DNA from: a bacterium
GTDB taxonomy: Bacteria; UBA8248
Assembly (NCBI GenBank): GCA_965200245.1
Contig: CBDATS010000004.1
Span: forward strand, 1,184,001-1,248,000
Direction of reading: 5' to 3'
Length of the DNA stretch: 64,000 nucleotides
The notes below the pieces were generated by a model that saw only the letters and a list, made by a program, of their open reading frames with translations, ran no database searches and was not told the origin of the DNA. Of this stretch, positions 9,943-20,183 are shown piece after piece; within the stretch, counting starts at the first letter, position 1, and each line of letters opens with the position of its first letter. Position numbers and translations under genes: made by a program.

Positions 9943-11142
9943 CTAAAGCGGGTCGATAACCGGAATCTCTGTATCCAGCATATCTGCATATTTCAAGCCT
10001 GTTGCCGTATTGAACGTCACGATTCGTTCATCACACCCGATGTCACCCCGCTCGAGCAGAAATTCCAGGGCAGCGATACAGGCACCACCTTCCGGACAAA
10101 TCAGAATCCCCTCGGAAGCACCCACTTTTCTCTGCGCTTCGAACATCATTTCGTCGGAGACGGCAATTGCCGTGCCACCGCTTTCCCGAATAGCACGAAG
10201 GCACAGGAAATCCGCCAGGACCTTGGGCGCACGCAAGCCGGATACCTTTGTCGTCGGGTTATCCCAAAGGGATGAGACATCTTCGCCGTTTTCGTACGCC
10301 CGTACGAGCGGAGCGCAACCTTCGGCCTGAACACAAATCATGCGCGGTCTTTTTTCGCCTATCCATCCCAGTGCCTCTAGCTCGCCGAAGGCGCGCCACA
10401 TCGCCACCAATCCCGTCCCGCCGCCGGTGGGATACATGATCACATCAGGAACATCGCCGCAGAGCTGCTCGGCGAGTTCATAAGCCATCGTCTTCTTGCC
10501 TTCGGCCCGGTACGGCTCCTTGAACGTGGACAACTCGAACCAACCTTCCGCCGGAGTTCTTTGAGTTACGATTTCCGCACAATGATGTATGTAGCCACGA
10601 ACAACGGTGACATTGGCCCCGGATAATACAAATTCCACCTTATGCACACCGGGTGCCTTTTCCGGGACATAGACATGCGCCCTCATTCCCGCCCGCGATG
10701 CGTAAGCGGCCGCCGCCGCTCCTGCGTTGCCGGCCGTAGGGATGGCGATTTTGTCCACTCCAAGATGACACGCCATCGTAATCGCGACGGACAACCCCCT
10801 GGCCTTGAAACTGCCGGTCGGATTCAGGCCTTCGTCCTTCACAAAAAGGTTCGAGAATCCCAATATCTTTCCGAGCCGTGACGCCTTCAGCAGGGGCGTC
10901 ATGCCCTCGCCCAGTGTAACGATTGAACCCTCATCAGGAGCCGGAAGCATTTCATGATAACGCCACATCGAATGGACGCGGTTCGCCATGTTCCTGACAT
11001 CCAGGGTTCGTGCGGCGGTTTCAATGTCAAATCGCGCCATCAACGGGGCACCACAAGGACTCAGGTTCATCAAACTGCCGGGTGCAAACTGCTCTCCCGT
11101 CCTTGAACACTCAAGTCCTATGAATGCAGAAAAAGAATTCAT
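9943..11142 (-). CDS. thrC: Threonine synthase family PLP enzyme
   Basis: LGEGMTPL, NPTGSFKARG, AGNAG, PYRAEGKKT, PTGGGTG. Confidence 0.85.
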   Translation of the reverse strand: MNSFSAFIGLECSRTGEQFAPGSLMNLSPCGAPLMARFDIETAARTLDVRNMANRVHSMWRYHEMLPAPDEGSIVTLGEGMTPLLKASRLGKILGFSNLFVKDEGLNPTGSFKARGLSVAITMACHLGVDKIAIPTAGNAGAAAAAYASRAGMRAHVYVPEKAPGVHKVEFVLSGANVTVVRGYIHHCAEIVTQRTPAEGWFELSTFKEPYRAEGKKTMAYELAEQLCGDVPDVIMYPTGGGTGLVAMWRAFGELEALGWIGEKRPRMICVQAEGCAPLVRAYENGEDVSSLWDNPTTKVSGLRAPKVLADFLCLRAIRESGGTAIAVSDEMMFEAQRKVGASEGILICPEGGACIAALEFLLERGDIGCDERIVTFNTATGLKYADMLDTEIPVIDPL

Positions 11143-11263
11143 CTTGACATCTCATTTATGAAATTTTCATTTTCGATATTGTTGCTTCAAATGCACTTTG
11201 GTACCTTTGCCTAGATTCCCGTAACGATATCGTCATCATCGCTGCCCCCGCAAGGAGAAACCA

Positions 11264-12139
11264 ATGGCACGCAGTGTAAAGGCATTGCCGGGTCCGGCCA
11301 AAACCCATGGATTCGTTCAGGTCGCAGAAGGCGTACATGCCTTTACCGGAGGAGATGGAGCGACGAACTTTGGCCTTGTGCTGACGGACGAAAAACCCGT
11401 CATCATCGACAACGACATCCGGGTGCGAAAAGCCTTTCTCTCCGGCATGAAGGAAATCACCCGGAAATCGCCGGGAATGGTGTTGAACACCCACCATAAT
11501 TTCGATCACACTTCCGACAACGGTTATTACCACAATCGAGGGGCGATTTCCGTCGGCGAGGAGAGTGTGCGCCTGGAAATGGAACGCGAAGAGAATGAGG
11601 GCATCTGGGTAAAGCAAATGGCGGGCAGGCCGCAAAAAGTGGAGCACCTGATTGGCAAGCTGCACATCGCGCCACCCATGGTGACGTTTCGGGACAGGAT
11701 TTCCGTCCGATACGGCGGGCGTTTGTTCGAGATGGTACACATCGGGCATTGCCATACAAAAGGAGACACCGTCGTCTGGATGCCGGAAGAGAAAATACTG
11801 TTCACGGGGGATCTGCTCGACTACAGGACACACCCGGTGGCAAGACTGGGAAATTTCGGCAACTGGATAGATGCAATCCGGAAACTCAGGAAATTTCCCG
11901 CCAGGTTCCTCATTCCCGGCCATGGGCCCATTCCCACTCAGCCGACCTCAAAAGTATGGGATGAATTCAGGGGCTATATGACGAAACTGCGTTCGCGCAC
12001 AACTGCCGCTCTCGAAAAACACAAGACACCGGCGAAGGCGGCTCCAAACGTTCACATGGATGAGTATCGCAATTGGCTTCGCTCGAACCTCGTGCCGCAG
12101 AACGCACTATTGATGGCCAGAGAATTGAGAAAAAAATAA
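11264..12139 (+). CDS. MBL-fold metallohydrolase (cyclase-like)
   Basis: NTHHNFDH, HTKGD, FTGD, PGHG. Confidence 0.85.
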   Translation: MARSVKALPGPAKTHGFVQVAEGVHAFTGGDGATNFGLVLTDEKPVIIDNDIRVRKAFLSGMKEITRKSPGMVLNTHHNFDHTSDNGYYHNRGAISVGEESVRLEMEREENEGIWVKQMAGRPQKVEHLIGKLHIAPPMVTFRDRISVRYGGRLFEMVHIGHCHTKGDTVVWMPEEKILFTGDLLDYRTHPVARLGNFGNWIDAIRKLRKFPARFLIPGHGPIPTQPTSKVWDEFRGYMTKLRSRTTAALEKHKTPAKAAPNVHMDEYRNWLRSNLVPQNALLMARELRKK

Positions 12140-12508
12140 TGAGACCTTCACGCTCATTGCCCACTCTTTTGGCGGCGTTTCTCCTGTGACCCTTCTCCCT
12201 GTTCGTTCCGTGCACGAAATTTCCGGTTTTCCTCGTGGCATATAACGACGCATGGACCCCAAGGCGCTTGAGGAATTCACAGGATGGATCCGCCACTGAA
12301 CCTGCTCCTGAGCGGATGACACGGAAATGGATTCCTCCGAAACACGCAGCCCAAAGAGACCCTGTTCCGGCGAATCCTCTCATTTCTCGCCGGGCAGGCA
12401 TCCCCGTAACTTCCGGTTTTTCGCCAAGTCGTGCGCAGTGAATATTTTTGATAGACTCAAGCGGAATGAACGCTGTTTGAACAGGGATTCCAAAAGAGGA
12501 GATTTCAC

Positions 12509-13078
12509 ATGGCCGTAATCACCATTTCTCGTCAATACGGTACCGGTGGAATTTTCATAGCGCGTCAGCTCGCGGACAAACTGGGCTATGCGTTTCTGGG
12601 GCGAGACGAACTCGTGGAAACCTGCAAAGATCGAGGCCTGTCTCTGGACTTGGAAAAAATTGAAGGCCGGGCCCCGACAATCCTGGAACGCACCTTCGGC
12701 GTCAGGCGAGACAGCTTGCGCGGGGTTTTGTCCGACAGCATGAACGAAGCCGCCGATAAGGGAAACGCCGTTATCGGTGGGTGGGGAGGACAAGTACTTC
12801 TCAGGGACCGACAAGATGCGCTGCATCTTCGAATCGTCGGTAGCATGGAAGCCCGAGTCAGACACTTCATGGAATCATCCGGCGTCACGAGAACAGCATC
12901 GGAAGAAACCATCAAGAGATCAGATCGAGATCAGGGTTTGTTTTCCCAGTTCTTTTTCAATGTCGATTTCGCCGATTCAACCCTTTATCACGCCACATTG
13001 AACATCGAACAAACATCAACCGGTGACATGATTTCCATCATCGAATCGATGATTTCAGAAAAAGAAAAGGCGGCCTGA
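12509..13078 (+). CDS. Cytidylate kinase-like family protein
   Basis: VITISRQYGTGG..IA..LA, LHLRI, SDRD. Confidence 0.85.
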   Translation: MAVITISRQYGTGGIFIARQLADKLGYAFLGRDELVETCKDRGLSLDLEKIEGRAPTILERTFGVRRDSLRGVLSDSMNEAADKGNAVIGGWGGQVLLRDRQDALHLRIVGSMEARVRHFMESSGVTRTASEETIKRSDRDQGLFSQFFFNVDFADSTLYHATLNIEQTSTGDMISIIESMISEKEKAA

Positions 13079-13195
13079 CAAGAGGCCAATGAGCCATTTT
13101 TGACCTTCAGCCTGCCCGGAGGGTTTTGAACTTCCCGGTCCGCATACATCACTGCATTCCACAGATACAGTAATTCTTGAACGTCTTTTCGGAAA

Positions 13196-14431
13196 TCATC
13201 CCTTCTTGTATCTTGCTTGCGCAGACGCCGCCGCCACAACGACAATCGATAGCAATTGAACAACCATCACCAGAACAAACGCCCAGTAATAGCTTTTCCA
13301 GAAATCAAAAAACAATCCGGCGAGCCAGGGGCCCACGGCCGAGGCCAGTCCCCCTCCCATTTGACTGAAGCCAAGGATTCGCCCAAAACTCTTTCCTGAA
13401 AAAATATCCGCCTTGATCGATACGAAAATCGCACCTCGGGCTCCGGCTCCGACGCCATAGACCAGAACATAGGTATATGCCAGCCAAGCACGGTTTTCAG
13501 ATAAATTCATCAGTAAAAAAACTCCCGAGATCGCGACCAGGCTGAGAAGGTAAAACGTTCGGGTGCGACCGATTCTGTCCCCTATCCAGCCCCCCAGGAT
13601 ACCTCCAAGCGCTCTGACTACAGCCAGGCCCCCGATGAGTGAAGCGGCTTTCATGGTACTCATGCCGATATCAACCATGTGCGCGGCCTGATGCACGCCG
13701 ATTACGCTGAAGCCTATCCCGTTGAATATCCCTGCCAGAAACAAGAGCCAAAAAACCCAATCGGACAAGGCTTCTTTCAAGGTCCAGTTCGCGTTGCGAC
13801 CCTCTTTGGTCTTTCTTGTCGATGTATCGGTGCGGCTGCGGTGCAGAGACGCATTCAGGGGGACCAGCAAGACGACGACGCCAATCGCCAGCAAAACATA
13901 GGCCGAGCGCCATCCAAACGCCGCAATCATATAGGCTGAGAACGGAACCATGAAGATCCCGCCGCAACTCCTTCCCGACAAGGAGATCCCCATCGCTACG
14001 GAACGGCGTTGCGTAAACCATTGACTGATGATGGTGCTTGTTGGAATAAACCCGAACATCGTGACACCTAGTGCTACGATGCCCCCATAGAAAAGATACA
14101 GGCTGGACAAACTCGAGACCATTGACATCAAGACAAGGCCGATGCCCAGAATCGTGATTCCCGTGGGGATGATCACTCTCGGTCCCCAACGATCCACCAT
14201 TGCGCCGATGAAGCCTGCGGAAATCGCAAAAGTGGCCATGGAAAAAGAAAACGCCAAGGCGGTGTCCGCGCGGGACCAGCCGAACTCTTCAAGAAAAGCC
14301 ACATAAAAGACAGGAAAGGTTCCGACGACAGAACCCCCGATAGCCATGGTAGTGAAGGTGACGCCAACTATTACCCAGCCATAATAGCGGCTTGAATTCT
14401 CACTGGCCTTTTCCGAGAAATAAGGCATCAT
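13196..14431 (-). CDS. MFS transporter
   Basis: YYGW, FGWSRA, GAMVDRWGPR, GWIGDRIGR, ~12 hydrophobic segments; start placed at ATG 14431 because the longer ORF overlaps dnaN. Confidence 0.9.
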   Translation of the reverse strand: MMPYFSEKASENSSRYYGWVIVGVTFTTMAIGGSVVGTFPVFYVAFLEEFGWSRADTALAFSFSMATFAISAGFIGAMVDRWGPRVIIPTGITILGIGLVLMSMVSSLSSLYLFYGGIVALGVTMFGFIPTSTIISQWFTQRRSVAMGISLSGRSCGGIFMVPFSAYMIAAFGWRSAYVLLAIGVVVLLVPLNASLHRSRTDTSTRKTKEGRNANWTLKEALSDWVFWLLFLAGIFNGIGFSVIGVHQAAHMVDIGMSTMKAASLIGGLAVVRALGGILGGWIGDRIGRTRTFYLLSLVAISGVFLLMNLSENRAWLAYTYVLVYGVGAGARGAIFVSIKADIFSGKSFGRILGFSQMGGGLASAVGPWLAGLFFDFWKSYYWAFVLVMVVQLLSIVVVAAASAQARYKKG

Positions 14432-14565
14432 TCCACTGAATCCGCAACGAAAAATACGAGCGCCCCTAAAGTAGAGGCGCTCTGGAAACAACGACTCCTG
14501 AAAGTATCTTATGCAAAGACTCTGGCCACTCCGAAAGGAAATCTTGAGCAACGGCGAATAGACGT

Positions 14566-15720
14566 TCAGACACGCATGGGCATCACGACATACGTATAAC
14601 CCTCCGAGTCTTTTGGAGAGAACACTCCAGGGCTCAGTGAATCCTTTAGTTCCATGCTGATCTGCTCTTCGTCCAGTATGGAAAGCACCTCGATGCAATA
14701 CCTTGAATTGAATCCAATCGTGATATCAGTCTGCGCATTCGATTCTATGATTTCTTCGGCTTCCCCCGCTTCCGAGCCGTTCGTCGTCAACCTCAACTGG
14801 CCTTGGGAAAACTCGAATTTCACCATGCGTGTTTCGTTCGTAAAAAGTGAAACGCGCCTGAGTGCCTGTGTCAGACCTTCACGGTTCATCGTGATGGAAT
14901 GTTCATTGTCCGGTATTACCTGCCTGTATTTCGGGAATTCCCCGTCTATCAACCGGGCCGACAACGCAATATCTTCCAATTGAAAAATGATGTGATTTGG
15001 TATGAGAGAGGCGGACCCTTCACCTCCCGAAAGAGTCAATCCCTGGCCGCTTGGGACATGCGTGAGCGAAACGGAGACATCGCCCTCTACGCCCTGCAAG
15101 AGCCTCACGAGTTCCCCCAGGGCTTTTTTGTGAACGATGACCCCTTCAGCCAGAGTCAACCCCTCGCTGGGGCGCTCTATCATCGCCAGGCGATGACCGT
15201 CCGTAGCGACGAGACGCAGGATGTCGGCATCAGTCTCCATGTAAACGCCATTATAGGTATAGCGTGTCTCGTCCTGAGAAATTGCAAACATCGTCTTTCG
15301 AATCATTTCCGATAGAACAGAAGCGGAAATCGTCTGCGCCTGTGGTTCTTTCGACTCCGGAAGCGCGGGAAACTCCGAAGGCGGCAATCCGGGAAAACGG
15401 AACCTTGATCGCTCACAACGCATTTCAATCCATTGCCCATCCTGTTCCGAGAAGCGGACTTCCGCCTCTGGAAGTTCCCGGACGATATCAAATAATTTCC
15501 TTGCATTCAGGGTGACTTTACCCGCCTTCCCTATCTCGGCCTTGAAGATTCCCCGCATGCTTATATCAAGATTCGTGCCCAGCAAGTGGATATTGTTCTT
15601 CCCCTCGGTCTCGACAAGCACGTTTTGCAGTATCGGCATTGCGCTGCTTCTGTTTTCAACGACACCCTGTATCGTCTGCAAGGCCCTGAGCAGCGTTTCC
15701 CTCGAAATGGTTAATTCCAC
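14566..15720 (-). CDS. dnaN: DNA polymerase III beta clamp
   Basis: MPILQNVL, FAISQDETRY, VATDGHRLA, RLIDGEFPKY, IGFN, YVVMPMR. Confidence 0.96.
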   Translation of the reverse strand: MELTISRETLLRALQTIQGVVENRSSAMPILQNVLVETEGKNNIHLLGTNLDISMRGIFKAEIGKAGKVTLNARKLFDIVRELPEAEVRFSEQDGQWIEMRCERSRFRFPGLPPSEFPALPESKEPQAQTISASVLSEMIRKTMFAISQDETRYTYNGVYMETDADILRLVATDGHRLAMIERPSEGLTLAEGVIVHKKALGELVRLLQGVEGDVSVSLTHVPSGQGLTLSGGEGSASLIPNHIIFQLEDIALSARLIDGEFPKYRQVIPDNEHSITMNREGLTQALRRVSLFTNETRMVKFEFSQGQLRLTTNGSEAGEAEEIIESNAQTDITIGFNSRYCIEVLSILDEEQISMELKDSLSPGVFSPKDSEGYTYVVMPMRV

Positions 15721-16059
15721 GGCACGGACTCCTTGTAGTGAACGGAACCTTCCGCATCTTCAAGCGGACATCGTCTCTTTAAGAATCTGATAATAACAGA
15801 TTTAGCGTCATTCAGGCATTCTCTCCATATAAACCAAAGGCGGGGGGCGGGGCAAGGGGGCACATTTTCAGGAATCCGTGCCTTACCGCCGGGTTACACC
15901 CGACTTGACGCAGGCCAGATTCCCTGCTTTCCCTCAACTGCGAGAATGCTTCCAGGTTGATCCAGGTGTGGAATTCGTGTGGAGATTCTTGAATCGTCAA
16001 CCTGAAATGCTAATATGCGAATCTCGTTTGCATGGAGGCTTTTCAGCAATCTCTACGTC

Positions 16060-16812
16060 ATGAACAAATCAATCTCACGGCGTTCCATACTCCACGTTTA
16101 TGCCCATCCGGATGATGAATCTTTCGGGAATCCGGCCACAATCGCATTTTACGCAAGCCAGGGGATACGAATGGGCCTTCTTACCCTGACGCGCGGAGAA
16201 GCCGGTCTTACGAACGGAGTATGCGAACCCGATGAATTGGGCGATGTACGAGAAGAGGAACTCAAAAACGCCTGTCGTGTACTCGGTATTAAAGATATGA
16301 CGCTATGGAACTACCCGGACGGTGGATTAAGATTCATCGAGGAATCAGAAGTCCTGCCCCGCATCGAAAAATTCATCCTCAACTTCTCTCCCGATGTGGT
16401 GGTGACGTATGGAGAGGACGGCGTTACGGGACACCCCGATCACATTGCTGTCGGCCGGTGGGTCACAAAGGCTTTCCACCGTTTGACCAGGAAAAACCCG
16501 AGCGCAACTCCAAGGCGCCTGTACCACCGGATATCGCCGGAGAAAAGACGCGACCTGTACAACCGCCCTGACCTTGCGTATCGAAATGACTACACGACCA
16601 TCGTGGACGGGAGAAACTGCACACATGCGAGAAAAAGTGCACACGCATGCCACCGTTCCCAAAAACAAGCCACCGACTATTCACAACCAAAGGTATTTGA
16701 AGCGGGGTTGGTGGATTATTACATCAGGAAGTACCCCGCATGGGGCGGCGGTCCACTGGAGGCCGATCTGTTCGGCGATGCGCATCATGCCGATGAAACC
16801 AGACTGCCTTGA
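16060..16812 (+). CDS. PIG-L/LmbE family deacetylase
   Basis: AHPDDE, TRGEAG, REEEL, GHPDH. Confidence 0.9.
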   Translation: MNKSISRRSILHVYAHPDDESFGNPATIAFYASQGIRMGLLTLTRGEAGLTNGVCEPDELGDVREEELKNACRVLGIKDMTLWNYPDGGLRFIEESEVLPRIEKFILNFSPDVVVTYGEDGVTGHPDHIAVGRWVTKAFHRLTRKNPSATPRRLYHRISPEKRRDLYNRPDLAYRNDYTTIVDGRNCTHARKSAHACHRSQKQATDYSQPKVFEAGLVDYYIRKYPAWGGGPLEADLFGDAHHADETRLP

Positions 16813-16813
16813 A

Positions 16814-17458
16814 TCACACGACCTTGCCATGCGCGAGCCGTACGTTTTTTACCGAAAGGGAATTCGCCCATTCCGGGATGTGGGTGCTCACAACCAATGT
16901 GATTCCCGAAGCGGCCAATTCCTGGATGATTTCGACTATCAGTTTACTGTTTTCCTCATCCAGGTGGGAGATGGGTTCATCCAGAAGAAGGGTTTCCGCT
17001 CCCGCCGCCAGCGCTCTTGCCAGGGCTACACGCTTCTTCTCTCCACCGGATAGTTTTGCAGCATCACGGTGAATCAAATCTTCACATCGCGTTTTAAGAA
17101 CGGCTTCTTCAGCTATATTATGCGCCTGTGTTGCGCTCATTCCGCGTACCCGGGGACCATAGGATATATTGGAGAGCACGTTTCCCCGAAAAAGATACGG
17201 TTCCTGGGCCAGAAGCGTGACCTTTCTTCTGTGCTCAAGTCCCGCCTTGCCGAAGAGTACGGCCTTGCCCCTGTATTCAACAATGCCATCTTCAGGTGGA
17301 AGCAAACCCGCCATGATGCGCAATAGTGTCGTTTTTCCGGAACCATTCGCACCGGTGAGAAGCACCACCTCACCCGAGACAACTGTCATCTCCCCGATAT
17401 CCAAAACCAAATTGGTCTCGAAGCGAAATTTCACGTTCTTGAGAAAAAACACTTCCAT
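16814..17458 (-). CDS. tupC: Tungstate ABC transporter ATPase
   Basis: GANGSGKTT, LSGGEKKR, LLDEP; downstream of tupA/tupB. Confidence 0.85.
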   Translation of the reverse strand: MEVFFLKNVKFRFETNLVLDIGEMTVVSGEVVLLTGANGSGKTTLLRIMAGLLPPEDGIVEYRGKAVLFGKAGLEHRRKVTLLAQEPYLFRGNVLSNISYGPRVRGMSATQAHNIAEEAVLKTRCEDLIHRDAAKLSGGEKKRVALARALAAGAETLLLDEPISHLDEENSKLIVEIIQELAASGITLVVSTHIPEWANSLSVKNVRLAHGKVV

Positions 17459-17459
17459 T

Positions 17460-18146
17460 TCATGACCTTTGAATGTAGCGGGAAAGCAGGTTCGTCACGA
17501 AAATGATCGCCAGAAGCACAACTCCCAGGGCGACCCCAAATCCGAATTCTCCTTTCATGCTTTCAAGCGCAATGGCCGTGGTCAGGGTCCGTGTATATCC
17601 TTCTATATTTCCACCGAGCATCATGGCGATCCCCACTTCCGAGGATACACGACCGAATGCCGCCAGGACCGCGGCCATCATTCCGAAACGGGCTTCGCGC
17701 AGTAACGTCCATGCCACGAGTCCATTCGAAGCGCCCAGCGTGAGCGAGGTTTCCCGCACCCTGTAATCGACTGATGCAACGGATGTCATGGAGAATACCA
17801 CCACGAGGGGAACCGCCAAGACAACCAATCCAAGCACGATGGCAGAAGGGGAAAACAACAGGTCGGTGAATCCCAGTGGACCTCGTCTGGAAAGAATTCC
17901 GTATGTGAGCAATCCGATAACGACGGTCGGCAAACCAAGTAGCGTCTGGACCACCGTGATGGCAAACCCTCTTCCCCTGAAGCGGGCTGTCGCCAATAAA
18001 AAGCCAACCGGCAATCCGATGAGTGACGCCAGAATCGTTGCCCAAAACCCTACCTTGACAGTCACCCAGGCGGTCAGCATGACTCCAGGGTCCCCCTGGA
18101 GCACACGCATCAGCCCATCGGAAAACCCGTCAAGCAAGTATTCCAA
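17460..18146 (-). CDS. tupB: Tungstate ABC transporter permease
   Basis: LPTVVIGL, SRRGPLG, FGRVSSEVG, GGNIEGYTRTLTTAIALE. Confidence 0.9.
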   Translation of the reverse strand: MEYLLDGFSDGLMRVLQGDPGVMLTAWVTVKVGFWATILASLIGLPVGFLLATARFRGRGFAITVVQTLLGLPTVVIGLLTYGILSRRGPLGFTDLLFSPSAIVLGLVVLAVPLVVVFSMTSVASVDYRVRETSLTLGASNGLVAWTLLREARFGMMAAVLAAFGRVSSEVGIAMMLGGNIEGYTRTLTTAIALESMKGEFGFGVALGVVLLAIIFVTNLLSRYIQRS

Positions 18147-18166
18147 ATCGCATGTCCTCCAGCCTG

Positions 18167-19033
18167 TTATCGAGGGATTTTCGCGTTTGGATAGAAGAGT
18201 TGTTTTCCCAGGAGCCGGAAATCGCGGATGACGCCTTGCCCCTCAGCGGACAGGAGAAAATCGATATACTTCATCGCCCAATCAAATTTTACATGCGGAT
18301 GACGTTTCGGATTCACGGCAATCACGCTATAGGGGTTGTGCAAACGCTTTCCTCTCGGCCCCTGGATCTTGAGGGCGATTTTTCTGTTCGCTACCAAAGC
18401 GACATACGTACCTCTGTCAGTAAGCGTGTATCCCCCTTTTTCGTCCGCCGCCATTAGCGTTCTGCCCATGCCCTGGCCCAGGGCGCGATACCAAAGACCG
18501 AAAGCCTCGACGCCGGCGTCTCGCCAAAGCTGCATCTCCTTTTTATGCGTTCCGGAATCATCCCCCCTGCTGAACCAAAGGCTTTTCGAATTCCTGATTT
18601 GGAGTAACGCTTCAGATACGTCGAAAGTCCTGAATACCCTTGCCGGGTCCGATTCCGGGCCTACAATCACGAAATCATTATACATAACGGCTTCTCTGCG
18701 AACCCCGTAGCCTTGCTCCACGAACAAGACTTCCGCATTTTTCGCATGAACAAGCACGACATCCACATCGCCGTTTTGTCCCAGTCGTAATGCCTTTCCC
18801 GTACCGACGGAGATTGTGTGCACGGAAACGCCGTGTTTTTTCTCGAATGCGGGGTGCAATTGTTTGAGTAATCCAGAATTCTCCGTGCTTGTCGTGGTTG
18901 CAAGCTTCAGGCGTTCCAGAGCAAAAGCATCTGTCCAAAAACCGAAGGCCAGAAAAAGTGCCAACAACAAACGCACGAACCAGCACCGCGTCACCGGATT
19001 TTCCCTATGCTCTCGGTTGTTCTGAAGGTTCAA
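18167..19033 (-). CDS. tupA: Tungstate-binding protein (start uncertain)
   Basis: ATTTSTENSGLL signature, VGTGKAL, MYNDF, SRGDDSGTH; signal-peptide-like segment. Confidence 0.92.
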   Translation of the reverse strand: MNLQNNREHRENPVTRCWFVRLLLALFLAFGFWTDAFALERLKLATTTSTENSGLLKQLHPAFEKKHGVSVHTISVGTGKALRLGQNGDVDVVLVHAKNAEVLFVEQGYGVRREAVMYNDFVIVGPESDPARVFRTFDVSEALLQIRNSKSLWFSRGDDSGTHKKEMQLWRDAGVEAFGLWYRALGQGMGRTLMAADEKGGYTLTDRGTYVALVANRKIALKIQGPRGKRLHNPYSVIAVNPKRHPHVKFDWAMKYIDFLLSAEGQGVIRDFRLLGKQLFYPNAKIPR

Positions 19034-19328
19034 ACGAGGGAGCGAAATCCGGTATCTCGAAGTTGATTTCTCGGGAAAGCCCTTCGAGAAGCATCGTTAC
19101 CCCGGCTTTGGCATCAATGGTCGAGGTCAGCCGTGCAAGGGACATGGATTCGCCCTGTTCGTTTTTCTCTGTACAGGCACCAAAGGTTTGGTAGTAACCC
19201 ATGCCATCATAGGCTTCCAGGATCGCTTGCAAGTAATTTTGCTGTGAGGTTGGCACATGCAGCCACCAGATAAGAGAGCCTTCGTAAGGCACAGGGTTGA
19301 GCCTGGCGCTTTCTGTAAGGAACGTCAT
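19005..19328 (-). CDS. Small hypothetical protein (DUF4911-like)
   Basis: YLQAILEAYDG motif; sits in the minus-strand gene run with near-zero spacing. Confidence 0.55.
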   Translation of the reverse strand: MTFLTESARLNPVPYEGSLIWWLHVPTSQQNYLQAILEAYDGMGYYQTFGACTEKNEQGESMSLARLTSTIDAKAGVTMLLEGLSREINFEIPDFAPSFEPSEQPRA

Positions 19329-19336
19329 GCGCTTTC

Positions 19337-19729
19337 TTAAATTCTGTTTGCCGCCCGCCGAATGAGATACGGCATTTCTTTCACAAACAGGGAACGGGGC
19401 ATTACTCTGTCAAAGCCTGCCCTCGTCGCCGACTTGAGCAAGTCGGGCTCGGTATGTTTGCCCCAGGCAATGGAGTACACATCTTTGTTTTTGGGGTCGG
19501 TTCTGAGTGTTTTGAGGAGTTCACCCGATTTTTCGCCGCCCAGGCTATGATGATGCAGATCGGACAGGAACAATACGGGTTGATATTTCATCAGGGCTTC
19601 AGAGAAGTTCTCCTCTGAATTGATGAACTCCAATGAAATCCCTTGAGAAATTCCTGCCTCTCGAATGCCGGCTGAAAACATCAAGTCAGAACAAACAACA
19701 AAAACTCTCCTTGCTTCTTCAGTCATCAT
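19337..19729 (-). CDS. Stand-alone receiver-like domain protein
   Basis: DLMFS..I, LFLSDL, AGFDRVMPRS.F pattern. Confidence 0.65.
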   Translation of the reverse strand: MMTEEARRVFVVCSDLMFSAGIREAGISQGISLEFINSEENFSEALMKYQPVLFLSDLHHHSLGGEKSGELLKTLRTDPKNKDVYSIAWGKHTEPDLLKSATRAGFDRVMPRSLFVKEMPYLIRRAANRI

Positions 19730-20172
19730 GAAGTGCTTTTCTGCTCGTTCAGGAATTCATTTTTCGGTTCACCCACATAGCCGGGCAGGTAATCGATGCG
19801 CCCAGAGGACAACACCTCGATATATTTCGCACCCTCGGGTCCAACGGCAGTTGCGCTGTGAAACACACCGCTTGGGATAGATGCGAAACCACCGGGTTCC
19901 AGCCACTCTTCGACTCCATCTATAGACATTTTCAGCTTTCCTTCCAGCACGACGATGAACTGATCTTCGGGGTGACGATGAATCGTGCTCTCATCGAACA
20001 GCGTGTCAGGAGCTATCTCGCCGCGCTGCATCGTTAACCCATCCAATGCAACCGCGCGGCGCATGGTTCCCTTGCGAAGGTTCTGCGTCTGCGGGATGTC
20101 TTCCCAATGATGAAAACCCAATTTCCTGTCCTTTGGCTGCAAGTCCTGTACAGGCAGATACAAAAACGGCAA
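19726..20172 (-). CDS. Cupin domain protein
   Basis: HRHPEDQ...G...IPSGVFHSA. Confidence 0.85.
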   Translation of the reverse strand: MPFLYLPVQDLQPKDRKLGFHHWEDIPQTQNLRKGTMRRAVALDGLTMQRGEIAPDTLFDESTIHRHPEDQFIVVLEGKLKMSIDGVEEWLEPGGFASIPSGVFHSATAVGPEGAKYIEVLSSGRIDYLPGYVGEPKNEFLNEQKSTS

Positions 20173-20183
20173 CAGGCAAAGTG

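Noticed and set aside
12139-12441. ATG...CTG-TGA-CCC frame continuing into ORF 12235-12441 as a possible fourth selenoprotein
   Set aside because: No redox motif, no recognisable family, and no hairpin in the geometry seen at the other three sites.
15721-16059. Replication origin upstream of dnaN
   Set aside because: No cluster of TTATCCACA-like boxes or AT-rich unwinding element seen, and no dnaA.
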